Shown: one piece after another, positions 52,750 to 64,000 of the stretch
Position numbering within the stretch: position 1 is the stretch's first letter
Layout of the letters: each line of letters opens with the position of its first letter
Notes under the pieces: model-generated
What the model saw: only the letters and a program-made list of their open reading frames with translations
The model's database searches: none
What the model was told of the DNA's origin: nothing
Translations under genes and position numbers: made by a program
Source: Octopus vulgaris
Lineage: Eukaryota
DNA: 64,000 nucleotides
Direction of reading: 5' to 3'
Assembly: GCA_951406725.2 (NCBI GenBank)
Contig: OX597824.1
Location: 59,024,001-59,088,000 of the forward strand

Positions 52750-52803
52750 TGACTATTGAGTAAATGTAACATATTATTTTATATATATATATATATATAT
52801 ATA

Positions 52804-53600
52804 CAGGGTGCGATGGGTAAATCATCAACATTTTATATTTTCAATTTCGTGCATGCGCATTGTTTGTTTTTGATTTTGTCAAGTAAACAGTACAGTAGGG
52901 TCAGTTGGCCACCGTCTGAGAAGAAAAGAACGGCAACACTACCCAATTCACTCTGCCAGAAAGTTGGAAACGACATGCTGTACTGTTTGGCATTCGCGCC
53001 GGAAGCTCCAATACGGACAGTTCAGAGTGTCATGGTATTTGGAGTGATCACTAGTGATGGCGACGTTATTCACTTTCTCACACGGCCTCAGACTCAACAT
53101 GGAGGCCTACATCAAGTGCCTGGAGGAGGTAGTGCTGCCCTGGGTCGATAGAGTGGCTACTGGAAGACCCTATGTCTGACTACTGGACTCTGCACCATGC
53201 CACACATGCAGGAAAACCTAGTCGTGGCTGTCAGACAATTTTTGCAACCATATCACCTCTAACATCTGGTCACCTAACTCCCAAGACTGCAATTCCCTTG
53301 AATACTATGTATGGGGTGCAGTTGAGCGAGAGACCAACATAACTCTTAGTAACACCAAAGCTGTACTGAAGCCAAGGGTTATGGCAACATTCAGCAACTT
53401 AAACAAGGAGACCGTCCAGAAGAGTTGCAGGAGATTCCGAAATCGAATGGAGGCCGTGGTTGAAGCCAATGGTAGTTTTATTGAATAAATTTACTCAAGA
53501 TATTTTTTTGCAATTTTGGTAAATATGTCTGTTAAAATGATATATCAGAGTTATTTTCATTTTTGCGTTATTTAGACGACATTTTATTTACCGCACCCTG
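52804..53600 (+). mobile_element. Tc1/mariner-superfamily (maT/Tc1-like) deleted element
   Basis: Ends TA|CAGGGTGCG ... CGCACCCTG|TA. Transposase remnants VMVFGVITSDGD, DSAPCH and WSPNSQDCNSLEYYVWG. Confidence 0.88.
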
Positions 53601-53668
53601 TATCCACCAATGTGGTGTTGAAAACTCATTTTCATAGTTCGACATTTACGTGTATGTATGTATGTGTG

Positions 53669-53771
<103 letters not shown>

Positions 53772-53979
53772 ATGTATGTATGAATGTATGTATATGTATG
53801 TATGTAAGAGTAAGTACCCAAACGTAACTGGAAACGTTCTTTGTGGCAGAAGCCCATTGTGGTTCACGGTTCCGCCGCTAGAAGCCACTTGATGCGGCCC
53901 TCAGGCATCAGTCTTCCGATTGGTGTCATCCTATGGAGTCGGACTGTCACGTGCTGCATATTTGTTTTGCAGTGCTTCT

Positions 53980-54215
53980 AAACTGTTCGTCGATTTTTGC
54001 GATAGCTGAAACGAAAGAACAGCGTGGTTCTGTGAAATCCTGTTTTCTGTTTGGGAAAATGGCGGCCGAAACAGTTGTCATGCTGCAAACAGCTTAGAAG
54101 GACGATGCAAAACCCAAGTTTACGAGTGGTTTCCATGCATTAGAAATGGTCACTTGTCGCTTGAGGGCCAATTGTGTTCAGGACGACCGTTGACCTCCCG
54201 AACGAATAAAAGCAT
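53980..54215 (+). mobile_element. mariner transposase N-terminal fragment
   Basis: EQRGSVKSCFLFGKMAAETVVMLQTA..QVYEWF..SGRPLTSR. Confidence 0.8.
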
Positions 54216-54445
54216 CATAGATTATTAGGTTCACATCAGAGCAAAGACATTCCTACGTCCTGAACAGATTAAGACAATACAAAGGTATGAAAATATTGTT
54301 CTTAGTAGCAGAGCTGAGAATTTGGTAGAGTGTCTCGTCATGTTCAGATATTCGTCGACAAACATGAGTTTTTATGAAGTAAATGAAGTAATAATCTGAG
54401 GAGTGTACATAGCACTGGTCCTAAACATAACTTACAATACGACCC

Positions 54446-54512
<67 letters not shown>

Positions 54513-55779
54513 ATGTGTGTGTATGTGTGTGTATGCTGGATGTATGCATATTTGCATGTGGGTATATATATATATATATAGTTATGTATGTATGTCTGTA
54601 TGTATGAACATATGCATATATCTCTGATTGCGTGTATATGTGTAGATATATGTGTATATATATATATATATACACATATACATACATATATACATACAAG
54701 TATGTATGTATGTATGTATGTATATTTCTATGTATGCGCGGTTGGCTGTATATGTATGTATATGTGTATGTGTATATGTTTGTGTGTTTCACTAGCCACC
54801 TCTCCTTTATTCGTGTTATCAATGTGTTGGTTTCACGGTAATATTGTTTCCTCGTTTTTAATCGTTCTAATGATACCCTGTAACTTGATATCACTACATT
54901 TTTAATATTCTATTTTCAGTCTCTTCTCTGGGGTTTTCATATCTGCAAATAGCCGTACAGTCCAGATGTTAGAGTCATAACAGACAATAAATTTGACCCG
55001 TTCACTTGCCGATTAAAGCGCTGTAATATTATACTCGAAAATGTTACGCAGAAAAATGCAATCAACGCCTCACACATCACCACATTCTACTATCTCTCCA
55101 TCTCTCTGTTACTGCATTATGCCCACTATTGTCTCTGCTTCTCTCGTTGTGTTTATCTCTTTTTATTACGTTCTTCTATCCATTTTCTAAACGTATATAC
55201 ACTCATGCAGAAATACATATGGTAGTATGTAAAGAGGAAATCGTTTTAATAAATGAAGAACTAATTAAAAGTAATTTAATAACCATATGAAGAGAAAATC
55301 TTATATTTGTTAACGAGAAAATAACACGTTTCGCCTTTACTGGACGATGTCAACGAAGCAGAGATAATACAAGCCCGCTGTACCAGTAAACATATGTTAA
55401 TGAATGCAGAAATGTTTATGAATACTTTTGTGGCAAGTAACTATCTGGACAACAGAGAATAAAATTCGAGGTAAAGGAGGTAACATAAGTAAGTCAATGA
55501 CAAAGGCCATGATCACTCAATTTTGTGAGGATGCAAAGCACGCCAAACGCTTATATGTATCGTTGTATTTCTGTGACAGATATCGGGTAGACTAGAAACT
55601 AGACTTACAAAACGACGATGGATTAGTAGAATAGTTAAGATAGTGGAGGAAATCCCTTGTAATATTTTGCTACGTCCCTTTAGTTCTGATTTCAAATCGT
55701 GCCAAAATCGAGCCAAAATATCACGAAAAATTATTATATTCATCTGCCCTTGTGTGTGGACAACAAAACAAAAAGATGT

Positions 55780-56080
55780 TCAAGGCCAGTAATTTTAAGG
55801 GAAGAAGGAAGTCGATTACATCGACTCTAGTGCTCAACTGGTACTTATTTTTTCTATCCCTTGAGGATTAAAGATGACCTCAAAGCTGACTCAGAACGTA
55901 AAGAGCCAGAAGAAATGCCATTAAACATTATTTCTGTCTCCCTGCCTTAAGGACATCAGTTTTGAGGAAGGGGTCACTCGATATCAATGAGCCCATACAT
56001 AATGGTACGTTATTTTGCCGATTCCGATAAAAGGGAAACTTGACCAAGTACGATTTGAACTCAGAACGTAAAATGTTTTT
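55780..56080 (-). mobile_element. two degenerate SINE family B-like pieces
   Basis: AAGTCGATTACATCGACTCTAGTGCTCAACTGGTACTTATTT..ACTCAGAACGTAAA; a second TTTGAACTCAGAACGTAAA lies at ~56055. Confidence 0.65.
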
Positions 56081-56751
56081 CAGGCCTTTTAATAGTTCTA
56101 GCTAGTTGTAGTCCTGTAATAACAATAATATTAGTTTAAAAAAAAACAAAAAAACAATGTGCCATTACAAACATATTACGATAATTAACAATTTATTGAT
56201 TCCATAAATTCGGCAAAGTGTTCTTCCAAGTTTTTATCTCTCACTAACAATCAAAAACCATACATTATATTTTCATATGATTGTCCGTTAAAAGCAAAAG
56301 TGTTACATGATGGAGTAGCTAAAGGTATTTGATTACAAGCACCTAGTTCTGTAGTTCACTGCCATGGCAGGCGCTCTCGTTGTGCCTCACTTCATCTCAG
56401 CTGTCAGAAATAAATATAAAATCGTGTAGAAATGTTAGTGGCAATATATTGGCACCCTGTCCTCGGAAAACACAATGCAATCCTCAAGCCAAATCTATAC
56501 TCGGACATTGCGAACCCCTGGGGCGATGATGATGAGATGTATAAATTATCATAAGATACGAATTAATTGATAAAGAAATCAAAATATTCATCGCAGATAT
56601 GAAGTCGAGACGACAATGGATTCGTCCCCTATGGTCACACGACTTGTTAGAAGCAGTATCAATAACTGAACTCAAATCGCACCTTATCATCATAACTGAG
56701 ATCATATTAAACAATATCTGACCTTTTGTTGGATGTAACAACAAAAACGAA

Positions 56752-56848
<97 letters not shown>

Positions 56849-56859
56849 TGTGTGTGTCT

Positions 56860-57058
56860 ATGTTTGTCCCCTTTTCATCATTTGACAACTGATGTTAGTG
56901 TGTTTATGTCCCTGTATTCTAGCGGTTCGGCAAAAGATATTGATAGAATAAGTACCAGTCTTAAAAAAAAGTACTGAGGTCGATACATTCAACTATAATT
57001 TTTTCAAGTAGGTACCGCAGCATGACCACAGTCTAATGACTGAAACAAGTAAATGGTA
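56860..57058 (+). mobile_element. SINE family A 3' part
   Basis: TTGACAACTGATGTTAGTGTGTTTATGTCCC..GATAGAATAAGTACCAG..GACTGAAACAAGTAAA. Confidence 0.75.
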
Positions 57059-57079
57059 ACGGACAAATGATATATATAC

Positions 57080-57154
<75 letters not shown>

Positions 57155-57395
57155 GAAATGAGGTAATCAGAAGATCGGATGGTTCATATTTACAGATATT
57201 TATTTATATATTACATTTTTTACATATATATATCATTTCCTTCAGATCATTAGCGCTTTCTCCCATTCTAGTGGGGTTTTCAAATCAAAATAATTCCTTT
57301 GTGGGGAATTTTAATCATTTTATAGAGTTTCGTAGTCGTGGGGAGGAACAACACAGCACAAGAGGGTGAAGTGGATGAGGAGGAAGTGTGTGTAT

Positions 57396-57437
<42 letters not shown>

Positions 57438-57797
57438 TTGTATCTGAGGCTAAAGAGAAAGAGGGGAAGGGAGAGGGAAGAAGAAGAAGGATTTCCTATA
57501 TCAGTGAGTTTATATATATATATACATACATATAAACTCGCTCTCTCTCACACACACAGTCAAGCACATACGCAAACGTACACACACACATTCAAACGCG
57601 CACACATACGCGAAAAAATGCATACAAACAAAATGAAACACGCACTCACACACACACACACATACAAATACATACACACATATAGAGAGTCAATAAATTA
57701 TTTCATTTGCAACTCCCTTTCAGTAGCAAGCTATGGTTCAGAATATTCATACGCACATCAATACGATGTGCATCATTATTTGTTTGTGAGCGTGTGC

Positions 57798-57844
<47 letters not shown>

Positions 57845-58189
57845 CTAGCTGATTCCTGCATAAGGTTGTTACCAATCATGTTTTACAATTGAGCAAAAGG
57901 CAATTGCCGTTATCAATGTATGCTTTTTTAGATTGTCTAAACTAAACGCCAGCCACAGAAATTAGAAATAAGCAGCTAGCAGGCGGATTTGGCGATCAGT
58001 TTTCGATTACCGGACATACTTAGTTTTTCTATTTTTACAAAAATGATTTGCAAAAATAATTCTGGTGTTTGTTATTTTAAACTTTAGAATAGGTTTATAT
58101 CCTGCCATGTTCGTGTAATATGAAATTTTGAGGCACAGGTTTGGTTTCAATCCTACTGTTTATTAGTGTTTATCTTAGAATGTCAAAAG

Positions 58190-59268
58190 AGTAGAAAAAA
58201 AAAAAAGAAAGAAAAGGGGATAAAAAAAGTGCGAGTTATTTTATTGTAAAAGTTGAAAGTGGAGCTAAACCAGTGAAAAATTGATTGTCATATCAACCAT
58301 AAATTTGGCCAGAAAATCGTTAACACGCGCACAATTCAACTTTGGTTCCAAAATTTTCACATTGGTGACGAGAGTCTAAAAGATATTTGCGAACGCCAAT
58401 CTGGGATTGAAACCAAGTGCCTCTTTTTCTTTCTTTTTTTTTGGTGGGGGGGGTTTTAAACCTACGAAACAACTCGAGTGGTGGTTGTAGAAGAGCTCAA
58501 CGTAGACCATTAAAGAGTTGCTGGGCATTTGTTTTGTACAAGAAAAGCAGAAATCCTTGACAAATGGAAGCATATGATATGAACGAAAGAGAAAAATATA
58601 TCGCCATTAGAAAATCTGTTCCGCTTTTGTTTTGCATGACAAATTTATCCATTTCTGGATAGCATTGTAATATGGGATGAAAGATGCATTCTACATAACA
58701 GACAATAATGTTCCTCATAATGTGTTGATCAACTTTAAACTCCAAAATATATTACTAAACTGGAGCTTCTTCAGAAATTAGTTGTCACTGTTTTAGAATA
58801 CCACACTCCTTTCCTTTGAATTCTGGTGAAGCAATCACAAAAACAAGGTATAGCTAGGGAATCAACAAAATACACCTAGAACTGCAAGAACGGATGGAAA
58901 TGGACTAGATTGTCTTAATGCAACATCTAAAGGCATTGTTCTATAAATTATTGTAGACATTCAGCAAACTGGCCTGCTGAATTTAATCTCAACCATCTTA
59001 CATATCAGATCGTTCTCCGACCGATTATCTTCGAAGCATCTTGATAATTTTCCACCAAAAAGATTTTGCGACAGCCAGACAGTCGCAACTCATGACGACT
59101 TAGAAGAATTCATCACTTCTTGGACAGCATACTCTTATACTACTGGAATACACGTTTTCCTTCATGGTGAAAAGATATAGCTTCTAATGGTTATTAATTC
59201 GTCTAATGAAATTTACTCTGCTTAAAAACTGGTAATTAAAAACCGCAATAATATCGGCACCAATTTGA
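58190..59268 (+). mobile_element. decayed mariner (cecropia/Hsmar1-like)
   Basis: IQLWFQNFHIGDESL, IVIWDERCIL and PSYISDRSPTDY. The end AAAACCGCAATAATATCGGCACCAAT resembles the Hsmar1-type TIR. Confidence 0.75.
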
Positions 59269-59764
59269 CATCTGACTAATAGCTTGCACTTGTGAAAAAC
59301 AGCCGACAAAAGATCGATTATATATGGCAAGACAAATGTTTCGATTCTGCTGTAATTAACTGTGTAACTGTACAGGTGTATAGGCTATAGAATCGCTGAG
59401 AAAAACGTATAGTTTATCAAAATAACACGTATTGTATTTTATCTTCCGAGCAAATTTTTCGTTTGTTCCTTTCAGCTATGGTTTGTTTGACTGGTGCTTA
59501 TCTTATAATTTACTTTGTTGTTGCTTCCTGAATCCCTTTGTTTGCTTTCTTTTTCTTTTTCTTTTTTCTTTTGCATTTGTGCAGTCTTTCTTAAAAGCAT
59601 TAATACGCGCCTTGAAGTGCTTTGTAAAGATACATTTGACTGTCTGAATTGAATTTAAAGCTTCTAGATATATTTCGTCTCATCTTCATATGGGATTTAT
59701 GTGTTAGTAATGACAGTTATATAGTTAAGTTTTGTGTTCCATTATATTACAGATTTTACTCATA

Positions 59765-59767
<3 letters not shown>

Positions 59768-59827
<60 letters not shown>

Positions 59828-59843
59828 CATCATCATCATCATC

Positions 59844-59911
<68 letters not shown>

Positions 59912-59913
59912 CA

Positions 59914-59988
<75 letters not shown>
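59768..59988. repeat. (TTA)n/(TCA)n microsatellite
   Basis: Read directly from the sequence. Confidence 0.95.
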
Positions 59989-60184
59989 GTGTTTGTAGCT
60001 TTCATTATAGTTTTCCTCTTGGTTCTATTTTTAAAGTAGTTGATCTAATTCAACTTTTTTTCTTGCTTCTTCAACCACCGAAATTTGGAATTATTCTTCT
60101 TTCTAAATGGGTTTCAAGAGCAGTTTATTGACACAATGGTTTTATAATCGACACTTAAAGCATACTCCCACGCGCTCGTGAAAG

Positions 60185-60290
60185 TACATACATACATACA
60201 TACATACATACATACATACATACATACATACATACATACATACATACATACATACATACATACATACATACGTACATACATACATACATA
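60185..60290. repeat. (TACA)n microsatellite
   Basis: Read directly from the sequence. Confidence 0.95.
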
Positions 60291-61042
60291 TATAAACTAT
60301 ACGTAAGTGTGTACATTCAGAGCTATTGTTATTACGTAAACAGACAATGATTCACCGTGCGCTTAACTTAAATGCACGCGACTACCCACGCCACTCTAAG
60401 CAAACTCTTTCGTACTATCCAACTAAGTCACAATCACGGGCATATGTGCATTTATATGTATGCATCACAGAGATAAGTGTATTTGTTTATTTCATGTTAT
60501 TCTCAGCGAAAGGCATAAATATATATGGATACATACGTATGTATGTATATAAATATATATGTATACATACACATACGTAGACACTGATACACACACACAC
60601 ACATATATATATATATAAATACATACATACATGTGTGCGTGTGAGTGTGCATTTGTGGATAGATGGTTGCATGCATATGCATATGTATGTATGCACGATG
60701 CTTTCGTTTATCCATCTATACATCTACCAACGAGTTTTATATCTATTGGGACAAAGATAAGACGTTAATTGGATAAATATTATAACGTTCATTTCTGGTT
60801 AATTGTGCAAGAAATCCCGTCGTTTTCATCTCTTCCTTCTCATCTTCCTCACGTACTTTATATATCCGGCAAGTTGTTTGTGTGCATATATTTTCAGAAC
60901 ATTCTCAATATACGCGCGCGCACACACACACATACAAACACACACAAACACACACGCACGCACACACATTTATAGTTATAATTAAGAATTATAACTTTAG
61001 CAATTATAACTTTATCTACCTACCTACCGACATATATATACG

Positions 61043-61076
<34 letters not shown>

Positions 61077-61136
61077 GGTAGGTAAGTAGGTATGTATGTA
61101 TGTATGTATGTATATATGTATATATATATATGTATG

Positions 61137-61183
<47 letters not shown>

Positions 61184-61346
61184 CTTTGGTGTCCTGTACT
61201 CATATATGCGTGTATATGTACATGTAGAGGTAGGTACGTACATATATGTTTATATATATGCATATGTTTTATTTCTTTTATTAATATATATATATGATAT
61301 ATATATATAGTCAAATTTGATCTCAGAGTAATGATAACAAATTAAT

Positions 61347-61886
61347 TTATTCAAACCCCAAAGAATCCCTCTCAACACATGGCTATGATGCTCCCCCACT
61401 ACTTCTGCTCGTGATCAGAGATGCACATATCATCAGCCACTAAGGGACATGCTCAACTGGTTAAGGTCAAACAACTGACAAGCAAATCTGTGGTATTGAG
61501 CAGAATATTTGCTGTAGCCCATCTTTTATACCAAGACAAAACAATGTACATGATAACACTTCCAATCAGTTAAGATCAGAAGCCATGAGAGCCACTGCCT
61601 GGTACTGCTATTATTATTATTATTATTATTATTATTACTGAGTGAGAGAGCAGCACATGCCATTAAAGTGACACTGGAGTACAATTATACGAAGCCCCAT
61701 GTACCCATCATGATTGCCCGTGATGCATCACAACCACAAGTGCGCGACATGGTGATCTCTTATCAAGGTAAACAGCGCATGACCTTGCAGGTGGTGCCCA
61801 GTTAGAATTTTCTTCAGGTCGAGAAGCCCATCCCACTCAAAAGGTCTCTGAATAAGGTTTGTTTAAGGATGTTAAACGAAATACCC
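61347..61886 (-). mobile_element. circularly permuted copy of the 5921-6422 element
   Basis: On the minus strand, 61886-61639 corresponds to 6174-6422, then (TAA)n at 61637-61609, then 61608-61347 corresponds to 5930-6156. Confidence 0.8.
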
Positions 61887-61946
61887 TGATAGATCGCTAG
61901 CCACTAAACCTTTTTTTATTTTCTCTCCCTGTTTCTTTCTGTGTTC

Positions 61947-61982
61947 CTTTCTGTGGAAAAGCGTAGGTTCGAAACGTAAAAG
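61947..61982 (+). ncRNA. very short hammerhead-like motif with a non-canonical core, in a repeat spanning ~61890-62070
   Basis: CTTT-CTGtGGAa-AAGCgtagGTTC-GAAA-CG-TA-AAAG. Confidence 0.5.
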
Positions 61983-62465
61983 ATTTCCTCACTTCCCGAG
62001 CTTTAAACTAATACATCTGTTTGCTGTTTACACACCCATCTTCGTCTTTTGTGTTTTTGTAAATTCTCACTATATATATACATACATACATATGTATATA
62101 TATATATATATTCGTGCTCGCAAATCCACATTCACACGCAAAATGATGCACGTGCCAACTTATAGTTACCTACGTACATACACACAAGAGCATATACTTA
62201 TGACACATGACCAAACGAATAAAACTTTGTCAAACACAGCCGCCATATTGCATCTTCATCCTTCTCAAGCTACTCACTTACAATCGCCTCTCTTCACATT
62301 TGTCGACGTCAAAAACTCATGTCATTTCTTTATTATTGTTATTATTTTGCTTTGTTCGGGTACTGTGTTATTGTTGTTTTTGTTTATTTGTATTATGTTT
62401 ACTTATTCCAGCTTTCAATTTCTATCAATTTCTATAGAACAAGAGAGAAATTTGATAGGTATACA

Positions 62466-62560
62466 AGAAGAAGAAGAAGAAGAAGAAGAAGAAGAAGAAG
62501 AAGAAGAAGAAGAAGAAGAAGAAGAAGAAGAAGAAGAAGAAGAAGAAGAAGAAGAAGAAG
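62466..62560. repeat. (GAA)n microsatellite
   Basis: Read directly from the sequence. Confidence 0.95.
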
Positions 62561-63226
62561 CACAACAACAACGATGACGATGACGACAGCAACAACAAAG
62601 GAGATGGAAATATCTTTATTTTCTTCCTTCTGACTCTAGAAGTGTGAGAGAATCTTATATTACAACATGCTCTCCAGAAATGAGTATTAAAGGACACAAG
62701 CTTGGGTGTATGCATACGTGTGTTCATGTGTTTTTGAATATCTGTGTCTGTCTGTGTCTTTACGACTATGTATGTGTGCATATTTTATGATAATTCAAAA
62801 TGGTTTTCAACGTTGTCTGAGAAATGCATATTAAGGGAGATAAGAACGTCAAGAAAATAACATGTAAAATCGTTTCTAATATAGACATAAATCCTGGAAT
62901 TGCTACTGTTCTGTAAATTCTCTAAAGTGGTTGTGATATTTGAGGGCAGCCATTATTCAGAGTAATTGTTTCAAAAATGGGCACAAGACCTCAAATTTAG
63001 GGGAGAGATCAGCCGAAAATATCAACCCAGTATTTAAAATGTATTTAATGTATTTCACTACTGACTCTCCCTGAACGGCGACAAAGTTGTATCGGAAAGG
63101 TTTTGAATTCCAAATATAAAGAGCCGCACCAAATATTGTAATGCATTTTGTTCGGTGCAGTGGAATTTTGTCTTTTTATAACAATAACGTCAACAGCAAC
63201 GACAGGAGGAAGAGGAAAAGAAGAAA

Positions 63227-63324
63227 ATGATGATGATGACGACAACGACGATGAAAAGAAGATGATGATGATGATGATGATGATTATGATGATGATGATG
63301 GTGATGATGATGATGATGATGGTT

Positions 63325-63374
<50 letters not shown>

Positions 63375-63425
63375 GGTGGTGGTGGTGGTGGTGGTGGTGG
63401 TGATGATGATGATGATGATGATGAT
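63227..63425. repeat. (GAT)n/(GGT)n microsatellite
   Basis: Read directly from the sequence. Confidence 0.95.
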
Positions 63426-63899
63426 TCTACTAGAATTCCGCGTTTGTATATCAATATTTTGATAGCTTTCACGAATTTATAAAATTTATATACTCCGAGA
63501 GTAGCAGACACGGAGATGACAAACAAGCAGGAATCAATAATAATTTGGAGACTTGATATTTATTTTAGCATTTAAACCAAATATTTCAGAAAAAATTGTT
63601 TGTGTCAACAGAAACGAGAGGTAGCGTATTATGGTTACCAGTTTTGATTAGCGCATCTTGTTCCCGCTCTATTCCATTATCTCTTTTCTTCAAACTATAG
63701 AATTTTTCATAGCATTTCATTTTTATTAAACTATGGAATGTTTTGTGGAAGGCATAGAAAGAAATAAAAAGAAGGAAATAAATAAAGGATAGAAAGCTAC
63801 AGAGAAAGTGAAAGAAAGGATGATAGAAAGTAATAAAGAAGAATATTATATAAACAAAATATAATCTTCAGGATAAAGAATAATAATTATTCGGAGAAG

Positions 63900-63936
<37 letters not shown>

Positions 63937-64000
63937 AGCGTTTTCATGTGATTGTAAGTATATGTATACATGCACAAAGACACACACACACTCATCCCAC

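Larger units (their letters stand above)
51197..52780 (+). mobile_element. 5'-truncated Penelope-like element, Naiad type (thumb-linker-GIY-YIG, 3' region, HHR)
   Basis: YNKALKDSGF..RKIIWF, a frameshift, then NIGKYFL..CSCRNKKLCPLNGAC (CxCx5C linker), YEATV..YVGLTEGNFKARFNNH and CGLCDME..LNSRTE..CPH. Confidence 0.9.

Overview
This window is eukaryotic, AT-rich and extremely microsatellite-rich. The two tRNA-derived SINE families and the repeat landscape suggest an octopus (coleoid cephalopod) genome; this is inferred from recognised repeat motifs, not from a search. I found no recognisable host protein-coding gene, only one candidate 105-nt exon, and most ORFs in the supplied track are microsatellite artefacts. 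Mobile DNA includes three R4/Dong-type RLE LINE copies in (TAA)n tracts, a young Tx1/L1 ORF2 in a (GATA)n tract plus older Tx1 pieces, a decayed Ty3/Gypsy pol, RTE and CR1-like fragments, several Tc1/mariner relics, a non-autonomous Helitron, many SINEs and several Penelope-like elements (PLEs). The most notable signal is about 11 minimal type-I hammerhead ribozyme (HHR) motifs of several distinct sequence types. Four have fully canonical cores and well-paired stem I. Several lie in short non-coding elements built from inverted plus direct repeats, resembling PLE-dependent retrozymes. Two further leads are a circularly permuted copy of a ~500-bp TAA-associated element, and a conserved GAAA...ATCTGG...CTGANGA motif (hammerhead core boxes in reversed order) shared by two divergent repeats. 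All folds were read by eye and boundaries are approximate.
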